Shown here piece by piece: positions 24,425 through 37,480 of a DNA stretch of 64,000 nucleotides (its first letter is position 1; the number at the start of each line of letters is the position of its first letter). The stretch spans positions 248,001-312,000 of the forward strand of contig JAPDFW010000072.1 in the NCBI GenBank assembly GCA_028826165.1, read 5' to 3'. The translations under genes and the position numbers were made by a program. The DNA comes from Anaeramoeba ignava BMAN. Lineage: Eukaryota > Protista > Anaeramoebae. The notes under the pieces were generated by a model. The model saw only the letters and a list, made by a program, of their open reading frames with translations. It was not told where the DNA came from and searched no databases.

Positions 24425-27400
24425 AAAAAGAAAAAAGAAAAAGAAAAAATTGGATGTTTTATTTGAATTTGTTGGATTTTTGATTTATGATTTGATAAAA
24501 AAAAAGGAGAGAGAAGAAATATTGAAGAAAATGGAATTAAAATATTAGTTTTTTTGCTTTTTCTTTTTTCTTTTTCTTTTTCTTTTTCTTTTTCTTTTTC
24601 TTGATTCTTGTTTAATTCAATATAAAGTTCTTCGATAATTTTTTTATATTTTTGTGAAAGGACAAATCTCTTTAATTTTTGTGTGTCTGTCAATAATCCA
24701 TTTTCAATAGTAAAAGGATCATGTTCAAGATGAATATTTTTGATAAATTCGAATCCTTTCAACTAAACAAATTTAAAAATTAAAAAATTAAAAAATTAAA
24801 AATTTGGATTTAAAATTAAAAATTAAAAATTTGGATTGAATACTTTGTTTTCTTTTGCAACTTGTTCAATTTCCTCAAGAACCTTATTCTTAACTTGTTG
24901 TAAATTGCAAATCTCTTGGTGATCTGTTTTAGTTATTGAATTTTCATCAAGATATTTTTGGATCACATCAAAATTTGGCACAACAACAGCAACAAGATAG
25001 TTTTCAAAGCTTGAACCATAAACAAAAATCTGACTAATTGATTTTGTTTTCATGTAAACAATTTCCAAGAAATCAGCAGAGAGATATTCTCCTTGAGCAA
25101 GTTTGAAAATATTTTTTTTCCTGTCGATAATACTTAATGTTCCATCAGAGTTCCATTTTCCAATATCTCCAGTTTTGAACCATCTGTCACTAGTGATAGC
25201 TTCATTTGTTTTTTCTGGATCCTTATAATATCCTTGGAAAACATTATCACCGCGTATTAAAATCTCTCCGACTTGATTTGTTTGATTTGAAATATATCCC
25301 ATTTCGGGAACATCAATAAGCTTGATTTCATTGCATGGTGAAATCACTCCACAATTACCAACAGAAAAGAAATCAACTGATCCTAATGATCCACTTGCTC
25401 CTGTTTCGCTCATTCCCCATCCTTGTATTACCGCATCCGAAATGCAAACGCGAAGGAATTCGTGATGTTTTGGTGATAATGGTGCTGATCCTGTAACCAT
25501 TACTCTGATTCTTCCTCCCAATCTTTTTTTGATTTTATCAAATACTAATTTGTTCCAAATTGGTGTATCATGTCCTTCTTTGATTGCCTTGAGTTTGTAT
25601 TTGTATGCTTGATCAAACATGAATTTTTGGAAAATTCCTCCTGATTCGATTGTGTTCATGATATGATCGTAAATTCGTGAAAATACTCTTGGTACACCTG
25701 GTAATAATGTTGGTTTTAATTCTTCAATGTCTTGACTTAGTTTTCTAATATCACCTCCAAAAAATCCTACTTGTCCTCCGTAGTAAACCATAAAATTTTG
25801 TAAGCTTCTCTCAAGTATGTGTGCTAGTGGTAAGTATGACATGTATATTTCTTCTTCTGCTTCTAATTTGTATTCCTTTTTTTATTTTTTTAAATATTTA
25901 TTTTGAATATTTATTTTATTTATTTTAAATATTTATTTTTGGATTGAATATTTATTATTTTAAATATTTATTTTTGGATTGAATATTTATTTTTGGATTG
26001 AATATTTATTTATTTTAAATATTTATTATTTTGAATATTTATTTTTGGATTGAATATTTATTTTTGGATTGAATATTTATTTATTTTAAATATTTATTTT
26101 ATTTATTTTAAATATTTATTTTAAATATTTATTTTATTTATTTTAAATATTTATTTTTGGATTGAATATTTATTTTAAATATTTATTTTAAATATTTATT
26201 ATTTATTTTTGAGTTTAAATTACTGAAGACCATGCTCCTCCAACCATTCCAGCAACTAAATTTTTATGAGTCATAATAACACCTTTTGGTAAATCAGTTG
26301 TTCCTGATGTATAAATAAGAGAAGCTAAATCATCTGTTGAAGGTGGTTCATGAGGAAGTTCATTTTGTTTTCCAAATTCAATCATTTCAGAAAATAGTTT
26401 AATAGTTAATCCTAAATCTTCTGCTGTTTTTTTAACATCTAAAGGAACTTCATCAATTGAAACAATAATTTTTAAGCTTGGACATTGTGAAGAAAATTGA
26501 GTTATTTTAGATATTTTATCAGAACTACAAACAACTAATTGCATATCAGAATGAGAAATAATAAATTTAGATGATTCTGCTCCTAATGTATCATAAAGAG
26601 CTACAGAAACCAAAGAATATGCATAACATGCATCTTCTGTTACTTTCCATTCAGTACAATTTTTGGAATAGATTCCTACAGTATTTCCCTTTTAATACAT
26701 TATTTATTTAAATATTTATTTCAAATTTAAATATTTATTTCTAATTTAAATATTTATTTCCAAATTTAATATTTATTTCAAATTAAATATTTATTTCAAA
26801 TTTAAATGTTATTTCCAATTAAATATTTATTTCAAAATTTAAATATTAATTAAATATTTATTTCTAAATTTTTAAATATTTATTAAATATTTATTTCAAA
26901 ATTTAAATATTTATTAAATATTTATTTTCAAATTTAAATATTTATTTCAAATTTAAATATTTATTTTGTTTTTAAATATTTATTTCAAATTTAAATAGTT
27001 TTAATTTTAAATTTAAATATTTTTTTAAATTTAAATATTTATTTAAAAATTGAAAAATAATTTTATTTATGTGAAGAAAATTTTATTTTAAATATTTCAG
27101 ATTTACAAAATTAAAATATTTATTTCAGAATTTAAATATAAATTTAAATATTTATTTCTAAAATTTAAATATTTAAAATTTAAATATTTATTTTCTAATT
27201 TAAATATTTATTTCCAATTTTTTAAATATTAATTAAATGTTTATTTCTAAATTTAAATATTTATTTAAATATTTATTTCAAATTTAAATATTTATTTCTA
27301 AATTAAATATTTATTTCTAAATTTAAATATTTATTTATTTAATTTAAATATTTATTTCTAAATTAAATATTATCAAATTTAAATATTTATTTCTAAATTA

Positions 27401-28433
27401 AATATTTATTTCAAAAATTTAAATATTTATTTCTAATTTAAATATTTATTTCAAAAATTAAATATTTATTTCTAAATTTAAATATTATTTCCAAATTAAA
27501 TATTAATTAAATATTATTTCTAATTTAAATATTTATTTCAAAATTTAAATATTTATTTCTAAATTAAATATTTATTTCCAATTTAAAATTTAAATATTTA
27601 TTTCCAAATTTAAATATTTATTTCAAATTTTAAGTATTTATTTAAATATTTATTTCCAAATTTAAATATTTATTTCAAATTTAAATATTTATTTCAAATT
27701 TAAATATTATTTCCAAATTAAATATTAATTAAATATTATTTCTAATTTTAAATATTTATTTCAAAATTTAAATATTTATTTCTAATTTAAAATGTTATTT
27801 CATAATTTAAATATTATTTCCAAATTAAAATGTTATTTCTAATTTAAATATTTATTTCAAAAATTAAATATTTATTTCTAAATTTAAATATTTATTTCAT
27901 AATTTAAATATTTATTTCAAATAAATATTTATTTCCAAATTAAATATTTATTTCTAAATTAAATATTTATTTCAAATTTAAATGTTATTTCTAATTTAAA
28001 TATTATTTTCAAAAAACTTTCCAAAAATCCAAAATAAATTTCATTTGAAATTAATTATCCAAAAAAGTGAATAATTTAAAAATAAGTTAATAAAATAGAA
28101 AAAAAGAATTTGAAATACCTTTTTCAACCCAAAACCACGAAAAGCAGAACCCAACCAAGTCCTTAATTCACCAAATTCTTTGTAAGTAATCCATTCATAA
28201 CTGCCTAAATTTTCTTTTTCTTTTTCTTTTCTTCTTGTTCCATATAATTTTTTATTAGAATATTTGCTTAAACTATTCTCAAGTATTGCATAAATTGTTT
28301 TTAAATGTGGCTCTGGATAAGTTGCTAATCCTTTCTCTTTACAAGTTAAATTTCGATAAACTTTTTCTTTCTCATCATAAAGAAAAGAGAAAACATTTTC
28401 TTTTAAATGATATTTTTTTATTGCTTGTTTCAT
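24421..28433 (-). CDS. Long-chain fatty acyl-CoA synthetase (ACSL/LACS-like), 4 exons; exact 3' end uncertain
   Basis: [64 protein letters not shown]. Introns at 26689-28118, about 25876-26223 and about 24763-24843. Confidence 0.92.
26700..28010. repeat. Degenerate ~19-20 bp AT satellite (AAATATTTATTTCAAATTT) in ACSL intron 1
   Basis: Visible tandem degenerate units. Confidence 0.85.
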
Positions 28434-28697
28434 TTCAAAATAAAATGATCTTTTATTTTTTAAAAAAAAGAAAATTTTTTTAATTTTTTTTTTATTTTTT
28501 TTTTTTTCCTTATTTATTTTGAGCTTTCAATTTTTTATTTTGAAATTTCAATTTAATTTTTAATTTAATTTTTATTTAATTAAATTTTTAATTGACAAGT
28601 TTTTATTTATTTATTTTTATTTTTATTGATTAATTTATAGCAAAAGTGATTAATTATTATTTTCTTTTATTTTAATTTTAATTTTAATTTAAATAAA

Positions 28698-29848
28698 ATG
28701 AATTTTAAAGAATATGATTATTTTGAAGAAAATGAAAAAATAATAATTGATAATGGTTCATCAACAATTAAAGCAGGATTTGGAGGAGATGATGCACCAA
28801 GAGCTGTTTTTCCATCAGTTGTTGGAAGACCAAAACATTATGGAGTTAATTTTATAACAATTCAAAAAGATAGATATGTTGGAGATGAAGCAATTTCTAA
28901 AAGAGGAATTTTAACACTTAAATATCCAATAGAAAATGGAATTATTACAAATTGGGATGATATTGAATGTATTTGGTATCATACTTTTTATAATGAATTA
29001 AAAATTTTACCTGAAGAACATTCACTTTTAATGACTGAACCACCTTTAAATCCAAAATCAAATCAGAGAAAAAACAACAGAAATTATTTTTGAAACATTT
29101 AATATTCCTAATTTTTATCTTTCAAATTTTCCATCTTTAGCTTTATTTGCTTCAGGAAGAACAACAGGAATTATTATTGAAATGGGATATCAAGTTTGTA
29201 ATTCTGTTTCAATTTATGAAGGAAATACTTTAAATGATTCAGTTTTAAAAATGAGTATTGGAGGAAAAGATTTAACAGATTATTTAAAGAAAATAATGAG
29301 TGAAAGAGGATATTATTTTTCAGCATATGCTGAAAGAGAAATTGTTATAGATATTAAAGAAAAATTATGTTATGTTTCATTAGATTTTGATGAAGACATG
29401 GAATTATTAAATAATTCAAATTCTATTGAAAGAAATTATGAATTACCTGATGGAAGTATTATTACAATAGGAAATGAAAGATATAGATGTACTGAACCTT
29501 TATTCAAACCTTCTTTGATTGGAATTTCTCAATCAGGAATTCATGAAATGATTTATAATTCAATTATGAAATGTGATGAAGAATTAAGAAAAGAAATGTT
29601 TGAAAATATTGTTTTATCAGGAGGAACATCAATGTTTCCAGGAATTAAAGAAAGAATTGAAAAGGAAATTATAAAATTATCACCAAAAAGATATGAAAAT
29701 CAAAGTTATTTCACCTCCTGAAAGAAAATATTCAGTTTGGATTGGAGGATCTATTTTATCATCTCTTTCATTTTTCAACAGAATAACAATTTCAAAAGAA
29801 GAATATGAAGAATTTGGAAATTCAATTATTCATCAAAAATGTTTTTAA
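28698..29848 (+). CDS. Divergent actin paralog 4 (frameshifts near 29065 and 29688)
   Basis: Actin motifs in consecutive ORFs; ends HQKCF-stop at 29848. Confidence 0.85.
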
Positions 29849-29930
29849 AAATATTGAACAAAAATTATTTTTTTCATTTTTTTCATTTTTTTCATTTTTC
29901 AATTCAAAATAAAAATATAAAATAAATAAA

Positions 29931-31089
29931 ATGAATTTTAAAGAATATTATTATAATGAAGAAATTCGATGAAAATCAAACAATGATAATTGATAATGGT
30001 TCATCAACAATTAAAACAGGATTTGGAGGAGATGATGCACCAAGAGCTGTTTTTCCAACAGTTGTCGGAAGACCAAAATATTATGGTGGGAATATTTTAA
30101 TATCTCACAAAGATAGATATGTTGGAGATGAATCAAGTTGTAAAAGAGGAATTTTAATTAAAAAATATCCAATAGAAAATGGAATTATTACAAATTGGGA
30201 AGATATTGAATGTATTTGGCATCATACTTTTTATAATGAATTAAGAGTTTTACCTGAAGAACATTCACTTTTAATGACTGAACCACCTTTAAATCCAAAA
30301 TCAAATCGAGAAAAAACAACAGAAATTATTTTTGAAACATTTAATATTCCTAATTTTTATCTTTCAAATTCTCCATCTTTATCTTTATTTGCTTCAGAAA
30401 GAACAACAGGAATTATTATTGAAATGGGATATCAAGTTTGTAATTCTGTTTCAATTTATGGAGGAAATGCTTTAAATGATTCAATTTTAAGAATGAATAT
30501 TGGAGGAAAAGATTTAACAGATTATTTACAGGAAATATTAAATGAAAGAGGATATTATTTTACAACAACAGCTGAAAGAGAAATTGTTAGAGATATTAAA
30601 GAAAAATTATGTTATGTTTCATTAAATTTTGATAAAGAAATGGAATTATTAAATAATTCAAATTCTATTGAAAAAAATTATGAATTACCTGATGGAAGTA
30701 TTATTACAATAGGAAATGAAAGATATAGATGTACTGAACCTTTATTCCAACCTTCTTTGATTGGATTATCACAAATAGGAATTCATGAAATAATTTATAA
30801 TTCAATTATGAAATGTGATGAAGAATTAAGAAAAGAAATGTTTGAAAATATTGTTTTATCAGGAGGAACATCAATGTTTCAAGGAATTAAAGAAAGAATT
30901 GAAAAAGAAATTAAACAATTATCACCAAAAAATATGAAAATCAAAGTTATTTCACCTCCTGAAAGAAAATATTCAGTTTGGATTGGAGGATCTATTTTAT
31001 CATCTCTTTCATTTTTTAAAAACATAACAATTTCAAAAGAAGAATATAAAGAATTTGGAAATTCAATTATTCATAAAAAATGTTTTTAA
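29931..31089 (+). CDS. Divergent actin paralog 5 (probable start 29931 with 1-nt frameshift near 29966)
   Basis: Full actin fold in ORF 29956-31089; upstream MNFKEY start as in paralogs. Confidence 0.9.
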
Positions 31090-31175
31090 AAATATTAAAC
31101 AAAAATTATTTTTCATTTTTTTCATTTTTCAATTCAATTCAATTCAAAAGAAAAAATATAAAATAAAATATAAAA

Positions 31176-32339
31176 ATGAATTTTAAACAATTTTCAAATA
31201 TTAATTTTGAAGAAATTGATGAAAATGAACCAATAGTAATTGAGAATGGTTCATTTTTTATTAAAGCAGGATTTGGAGGAGATGATGCACCAAGAGCTGT
31301 TTTTCCAACAATAGTTGGAAAACCAAAACGACAAGTCCAAATGGTTGGAATGGGTTCTAAAGATTATTATATTGGAGATGATGGTTATCATCCAAGAAGA
31401 GCATTAACACTTAAATATCCAATAGAAAATGGAATTATTACAAATTGGGAAGATATTGAACATATTTGGCATCATAGTTTTTATAATGAATTAAGAGTTG
31501 CACCTGAAGAACATCCACTTTTAATGACTGAACCACCTTTAAATCCAAAATCAAATCGAGAAAAAACAACAGAAATTATTTTTGAAACATTTAATATTCC
31601 TGATTTTTATCTTTCAAATTCTCCATCTTTAGCTTTATTTGCTTCAGGAAGAACAACAGGAATTATTATTGAAATGGGATATCAACTTTGTAATTCTGTT
31701 TCAATTTATGAAGGAAGTGCTTTAAATGATTCAGTTTTAAGAATGAGTATTGGAGGAAAAAATTTAACAGATTATTTAATGAAAATATTAAATGAAAGAG
31801 GATATTCATTTACAACAACAGCTGAAAGAGAAATTATTAGAGATATTAAAGAAAAATTATGTTATGTTTCATTAAATTTTGATAAAGACATGGAAATGTC
31901 TTACATTACAGATCCTCTTGAAAAAAATTATGAATTACCTGATGGAAATATTATTACAATAGGAAATGAAAGATATAGATGTACTGAACCTTTATTCAAA
32001 CCTTCTTTGATTGGAATTTCTCAAATAGGAATTCATGAAATTATTTATAATTCAATTATGAAATGTGATGAAGAATTAAGAAAAGATATGTTTGAAAATA
32101 TTGTTTTATCAGGAGGAACATCAATGTTTCAAGGAATTAAAGAAAGAATTGAAAAGGAAATTATACAATTATCACCAAAAAATATGAAAATCAAAGTTAT
32201 TTCACCTCCTGAAAGAAAATATTCAGTTTGGATTGGAGGATCTATTTTATCATCTCTTTCATTTTTTAACAGAATAACAATTTCAAAAGAAGAATATGAA
32301 GAATTTGGAAATTCAATTATTCATAAAAAATGTTTTTAA
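31176..32339 (+). CDS. Divergent actin paralog 6
   Basis: Intact 387-aa actin-like ORF. Confidence 0.95.
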   Translation: MNFKQFSNINFEEIDENEPIVIENGSFFIKAGFGGDDAPRAVFPTIVGKPKRQVQMVGMGSKDYYIGDDGYHPRRALTLKYPIENGIITNWEDIEHIWHHSFYNELRVAPEEHPLLMTEPPLNPKSNREKTTEIIFETFNIPDFYLSNSPSLALFASGRTTGIIIEMGYQLCNSVSIYEGSALNDSVLRMSIGGKNLTDYLMKILNERGYSFTTTAEREIIRDIKEKLCYVSLNFDKDMEMSYITDPLEKNYELPDGNIITIGNERYRCTEPLFKPSLIGISQIGIHEIIYNSIMKCDEELRKDMFENIVLSGGTSMFQGIKERIEKEIIQLSPKNMKIKVISPPERKYSVWIGGSILSSLSFFNRITISKEEYEEFGNSIIHKKCF

Positions 32340-32421
32340 AAATATTAAACAAAAATTATTTTTCATTTTTCATTTTTCAATTCAATTCATTTCAAAATAA
32401 AAATATAAAATAAAATATAAA

Positions 32422-33585
32422 ATGAATTTTAAACAATTTTCAAATATTAATTTTGAAGAAATTGATGAAAATGAACCAATAGTAATTGATAATGGTTCAT
32501 TTTTTATTAAAGCAGGATTTGGAGGAGATGATGAACCAAGAGCTGTTTTTCCAACAGTTGTTGGAAGACCAAGACATTATGGAATAATGGTTGGAATGAA
32601 TTCTAAAGATGGATATGTTGGAGATGAAGCAAGTTGTAAAAAAGGAATTTTAATTAAAAAATATCCAATAGAAAATGGAATTATTACAAATTGGAATGAT
32701 ATTGAATGTATTTGGCATCATACTTTTTATAATGAATTAAGAGTTGCACCTGAAGAACATCCACTTTTAATGACTGAACCACCTTTAAATCCAAAATCAA
32801 ATCGAGAAAAAACAACACAAATTATTTTTGAAACATTTAATATTCCTAATTTTTATCTTTCAAATTCTTCAGTTTTAGCTTTATTAACTTCAGGAAGAAC
32901 AACAGGAATTATTATTGAAATGGGATATCAAATTTGTAATTCTGTTTCAATTTATGAAGGAAATGCTTTAAATGATTCAGTTTTAAGAATTAATATTGGA
33001 GGAAGAAATTTAACAGATTATTTAATGAAAATAATGAATGAAAGAGGATATTCATTTACAACAACAGCTGAAAGAGAAATTGTTAGAGATATTAAAGAAA
33101 AATTATGTTATGTTTCATTAGATTTTGATGAAGAAATGGACTTATCAAATAATTCAAATTCTATTGAAAAAAATTATGAATTACCTTATGGAAGTACTAT
33201 TACAATAGGAAATGAAAGATATAGATGTACTGAACCTTTATTCCAACCTTCTTTGATTGGAATTTCTCAAATAGGAATTCATGAAATTATTTATAATTCA
33301 ATTATGAAATGTGATGAAGAATTAAGAAAAGAAATGTTTGGAAATATTGTTTTATCAGGAGGAACATCAATGTTTCAAGGAATTAAAGAAAGAATTGAAA
33401 AAGAAATTAAACAATTATCACCAAAAAATATGAAAATCAAAGTTATTGCACCTCCTGAAAGAAAATATTCAGTTTGGATTGGAGGATCTATTTTATCATC
33501 TCTTTCATTTTTTAACAGAATAACAATTTCAAAAGAAGAATATGAAGAATTTGGAAATTCAATTATTCATCAAAAATGTTTTTAA
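32422..33585 (+). CDS. Divergent actin paralog 7
   Basis: Intact 387-aa actin-like ORF. Confidence 0.95.
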   Translation: MNFKQFSNINFEEIDENEPIVIDNGSFFIKAGFGGDDEPRAVFPTVVGRPRHYGIMVGMNSKDGYVGDEASCKKGILIKKYPIENGIITNWNDIECIWHHTFYNELRVAPEEHPLLMTEPPLNPKSNREKTTQIIFETFNIPNFYLSNSSVLALLTSGRTTGIIIEMGYQICNSVSIYEGNALNDSVLRINIGGRNLTDYLMKIMNERGYSFTTTAEREIVRDIKEKLCYVSLDFDEEMDLSNNSNSIEKNYELPYGSTITIGNERYRCTEPLFQPSLIGISQIGIHEIIYNSIMKCDEELRKEMFGNIVLSGGTSMFQGIKERIEKEIKQLSPKNMKIKVIAPPERKYSVWIGGSILSSLSFFNRITISKEEYEEFGNSIIHQKCF

Positions 33586-33647
33586 AAATATTAAACAAAA
33601 AATTATTTTTCATTTTTTTCATTTTTCAATTCAATTCAAAATATAAA

Positions 33648-34814
33648 ATGAATTTTAAACAATTTTCAAATATTAATTTTGAAGAAATTGATGAAAATGA
33701 ACCAATAGTAATTGATAATGGTTCATTTTTTATTAAAGCAGGATTTGGAGGAGATGATGCACCAAGAGCTGTTTTTCCAACAGTTGTTGGAAGACAAAGA
33801 TATCAACTTCTAATGGTTGGAATGGGTTCTAAAGATGGATATGTTGGAGATGAAGCAGTTTACAAAAAAGGAATTTTAATTAAAAAATATCCAATAGAAA
33901 ATGGAATTATTACAAATTGGGAAGATATTGAACATGTTTGGCATCATACTTTTTATAATGAATTAAGAGTTTTACCTGAAGAACATTCACTTTTAATGAC
34001 TGAACCACTTTTAAATCCAAAAGTCAATAGAGAAAAAACAACACAAATTATTTTTGAAACATTTAATATTCCTAATTTTTATCTTTCAAATTCTCCATCT
34101 TTAGCTTTATTAACTTCAGGAAGAACAACAGGAATTGTTATTGAAATGGGATATCAATTTTGTAATTCTGTTTCAATTTATGAAGGAAATGCTTTAAATG
34201 ATTCAGTTTTAAAAATGAATATTGGAGGAAAAGATTTAACAGATTATTTAATGAAAATATTAAATGAAAGAGGATATTCATTTACAACAACATATGTTGA
34301 AAGAGAAATTATTAGAGATGTTAAAGAAAAATTATGTTATGTTTCATTAAATTTTGATAAAGAAATGGAATTATTAAATAATTCAAATTCTATTGAAAAA
34401 AATTATGAATTACCTTATGGAAATATTATTACAATAGGAAATGAAAGATATAGATGTACTGAACCTTTATTCAAACCTTCTTTGATTGGATTTTCACAAA
34501 TAGGAATTCATGAAATTATTTATAATTCAATTATGAAATGTGATGAAGAATTAAGAAAAGAAATGTTTGGAAATATTGTTTTATCAGGAGGAACATCAAT
34601 GTTTCAAGGAATTAAAGAAAGAATTGAAAAAGAAATTAAACAATTATCACCAAAAAATATGAAAATCAAAGTTATTGCACCTCCTGAAAGAAAATATTCA
34701 GTTTGGATTGGAGGATCTATTTTATCATCTCTTTCATTTTTTAACAGAATAACAATTTCAAAAGAAGAATATAAAGAATTTGGAAATTCAATTATTCATA
34801 AAAAATGTTTTTAA
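33648..34814 (+). CDS. Divergent actin paralog 8
   Basis: Intact ORF from MNFKQFS at 33648. Confidence 0.95.
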   Translation: MNFKQFSNINFEEIDENEPIVIDNGSFFIKAGFGGDDAPRAVFPTVVGRQRYQLLMVGMGSKDGYVGDEAVYKKGILIKKYPIENGIITNWEDIEHVWHHTFYNELRVLPEEHSLLMTEPLLNPKVNREKTTQIIFETFNIPNFYLSNSPSLALLTSGRTTGIVIEMGYQFCNSVSIYEGNALNDSVLKMNIGGKDLTDYLMKILNERGYSFTTTYVEREIIRDVKEKLCYVSLNFDKEMELLNNSNSIEKNYELPYGNIITIGNERYRCTEPLFKPSLIGFSQIGIHEIIYNSIMKCDEELRKEMFGNIVLSGGTSMFQGIKERIEKEIKQLSPKNMKIKVIAPPERKYSVWIGGSILSSLSFFNRITISKEEYKEFGNSIIHKKCF

Positions 34815-34873
34815 AAATATTAAACAAAAATTATTTTTCATTTTTCATTTTTCAATTCAATTCAAAATAAAAA

Positions 34874-36037
34874 ATGAATTTTAAACAATTTTCAAATATT
34901 AATTTTGAAGAAATTGATGAAAATGAAACAATAATAATTGATAATGGTTCATCAACAATTAAAACAGGATTTGGAGGAGATGATGAACCAAGAATTATTT
35001 TTCCATCAATAGTTGGAAGACAAAAACACCCTGGAATAATGGTTGGAATGAATATAAAAGATTATTATGTTGGAGATGAAGCAAAATCTAAAAGAGGAAT
35101 TTTAACACTTAAATATCCAATAGAACATGGAATTATTACAAATTGGAATGATATTGAACATGTTTGGCATCATACTTTTTATAATGAATTAAAAATTTTA
35201 CCTGAAGAACATCCACTTTTAATGACTGAACCACCTTTAAATCCAAAAGCCAATCGAGAAAAAACAACAGAAATTATTTTTGAAACATTTAATATTCCTA
35301 ATTTTTATCTTTCAAATTCTTCAGTTTTAGCTTTATTACAATCAAAAAGAACAACAGGAGTTGTTATTGAAATTGGAGATGGAGTTACTCATTCTGTTCC
35401 AATTTATGAAAGTTATGTTTTAAATCATTCAGTTTTAAGAATGGATATTGCAGGAAGAGATTTAACAGATTATTTAATGAAAATAATGACTGAAAGAGGA
35501 TATGCATTTACAACAGCATATGAAAGAGAAATTATTAAAGATGTTAAAGAAAAATTATGTTATGTTTCATTAGATTTTTATGAAGAAATGGAATTATCAT
35601 ATATTTCAAATACTCCTGAAAAAAATTATGAATTACCTGATGGAAGTATTATTACAATAGGAAATGAAAGATATAGATGTACTGAACCTTTATTCAAACC
35701 TTCTTTTATTGGATTGTCTCAACAAGGAATTCATGAAATGATTTATAATTCAATTATGAAAGATGATGTTGATATAAGAAAAGAATTATATGGAAATATT
35801 GTTTTAACAGGAGGAACATCAATGTTTCCAGGAATTAAAGAAAGAATTGAAAAAGAAATTAAACAATTATCACCAAAAAATATGAAAGTTGAAGTTATTT
35901 CACCTCCTGAAAGAAAATATTCAGTTTGGATTGGAGGATCTATTTTATCATCTCATTATATTTTCAAAAATTTATCAATTTCAAAAAAAGAATATAAAGA
36001 ATTTGGAAATTCAATTATTCATAAAAAATGTTTTTAA
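34874..36037 (+). CDS. Divergent actin paralog 9 (retains GDGVTH loop)
   Basis: Intact 387-aa ORF. Confidence 0.95.
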   Translation: MNFKQFSNINFEEIDENETIIIDNGSSTIKTGFGGDDEPRIIFPSIVGRQKHPGIMVGMNIKDYYVGDEAKSKRGILTLKYPIEHGIITNWNDIEHVWHHTFYNELKILPEEHPLLMTEPPLNPKANREKTTEIIFETFNIPNFYLSNSSVLALLQSKRTTGVVIEIGDGVTHSVPIYESYVLNHSVLRMDIAGRDLTDYLMKIMTERGYAFTTAYEREIIKDVKEKLCYVSLDFYEEMELSYISNTPEKNYELPDGSIITIGNERYRCTEPLFKPSFIGLSQQGIHEMIYNSIMKDDVDIRKELYGNIVLTGGTSMFPGIKERIEKEIKQLSPKNMKVEVISPPERKYSVWIGGSILSSHYIFKNLSISKKEYKEFGNSIIHKKCF

Positions 36038-36104
36038 AAATATTAAACAAAAAATTATTTTTCATTTTTTTCATTTTTCATTTCAATTCAATTCAAAATA
36101 AAAA

Positions 36105-37268
36105 ATGAATTTTAAACAATTTTCAAATATTAATTTTGAAGAAATTGATGAAAATGAAACAATAATAATTGATAATGGTTCCTCAACAATTAAAACAGGA
36201 TTTGGAGGAGATGATGAACCAAGAATTATTTTTCCATCAATAATTGGAAGACCAAGACATTATGGAATAATTGTTGGAATGAATATAAAAGATTATTATA
36301 TTGGAGATGAAGCAAAATCCAAAAGAGGAATTTTAACACTTAAATATCCAATAGAACATGGAATTATTACAAATTGGAATGATATTGAACATGTTTGGCA
36401 TCATAGTTTTTATAATGAATTAAGAGTTGCACCTGAAGAACATTCACTTTTAATGACTGAACCACCTTTAAATCCAAAAGCCAATCGAGAAAAAACAACA
36501 GAAATTATTTTTGAAACATTTAATATTCCTAATTTTTATCTTTCAAATTCTTCAGTTTTAGCTTTATTACAATCAAAAAGAACAACAGGAGTTGTTATTG
36601 AAATTGGAGATGGAGTTACTCATTCTGTTCCAATTTATGAAGGAAATATTCTAAATGATTCAGTTTTAAGAATGGATATTGCAGGAAGAGATTTAACAGA
36701 TTATTTACAGAAAATAGTGTGTGAAAGAGGATATGCATTTACAACAACAGCTGAAAGAGAAATTATTAGAGATATTAAAGAAAAATTATGTTATGTTTCA
36801 TTAGATTTTTATGAAGAAATGGAATTATCAAGTTATTCAATTTCTTTTGAAAAAAATTATGAATTACCTGATGGACAAATTATTACAATAGGAAATGAAA
36901 GATTTAGAACTCCTGAAGTTTTATTTCAACCTTCTTTTATTGGAATGTCTCAATCAGGAATTCATGAAATAATTTATAATTCAATTATGAAATGTAATGT
37001 TGATATAAGAAAAGAATTATATGGAAATATTGTTTTAACAGGAGGAACATCAATGTTTCCAGGAATTAAAGAAAGAATTGAAAAAGAAATTAAACAATTA
37101 TCACCAAAAGATATGAAAATTGAAGTTATTTCACCTCCTGAAAGAAAATATTCAGTTTGGATTGGAGGATCTATTTTATCATCTCATTATATTTTCAAAA
37201 ATTTATCAATTTCAAAAAAAGAATATAAAGAATTTGGAAATTCAATTATTCATCAAAAATTCGTTTAG
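36105..37268 (+). CDS. Divergent actin paralog 10 (retains GDGVTH loop)
   Basis: Intact 387-aa ORF. Confidence 0.95.
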   Translation: MNFKQFSNINFEEIDENETIIIDNGSSTIKTGFGGDDEPRIIFPSIIGRPRHYGIIVGMNIKDYYIGDEAKSKRGILTLKYPIEHGIITNWNDIEHVWHHSFYNELRVAPEEHSLLMTEPPLNPKANREKTTEIIFETFNIPNFYLSNSSVLALLQSKRTTGVVIEIGDGVTHSVPIYEGNILNDSVLRMDIAGRDLTDYLQKIVCERGYAFTTTAEREIIRDIKEKLCYVSLDFYEEMELSSYSISFEKNYELPDGQIITIGNERFRTPEVLFQPSFIGMSQSGIHEIIYNSIMKCNVDIRKELYGNIVLTGGTSMFPGIKERIEKEIKQLSPKDMKIEVISPPERKYSVWIGGSILSSHYIFKNLSISKKEYKEFGNSIIHQKFV

Positions 37269-37480
37269 AAAAAGAATAACAATAAGAATAAGAAATTCTT
37301 CAATTCATTTTTCGTTTTTTATTTTTTTTTGATTTCAAAAACAAAAGAACAAAGAAAAGAACAAGAATATTGTTTTTTTGATTTTTGATTTTTGATTTTT
37401 GATTTTTGATTTTTGATTTTTGTTCGCAATATTAACAAAATTTGAAAAGATAACAATAATTCATCTGAAAAAATATTCAT

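Noticed and set aside
24421-24560. Overlapping stop codons of convergent actin 3 and ACSL
   Set aside because: The ACSL tail probably has a homopolymer indel in the EK repeat; removing one A gives a stop near 24538, so the overlap is not reliable.
20761-29970. Calling frameshifted actin copies pseudogenes
   Set aside because: Lesions are single-base indels mostly in homopolymers, with no accumulation of nonsense substitutions; consistent with consensus error and undecidable without reads.
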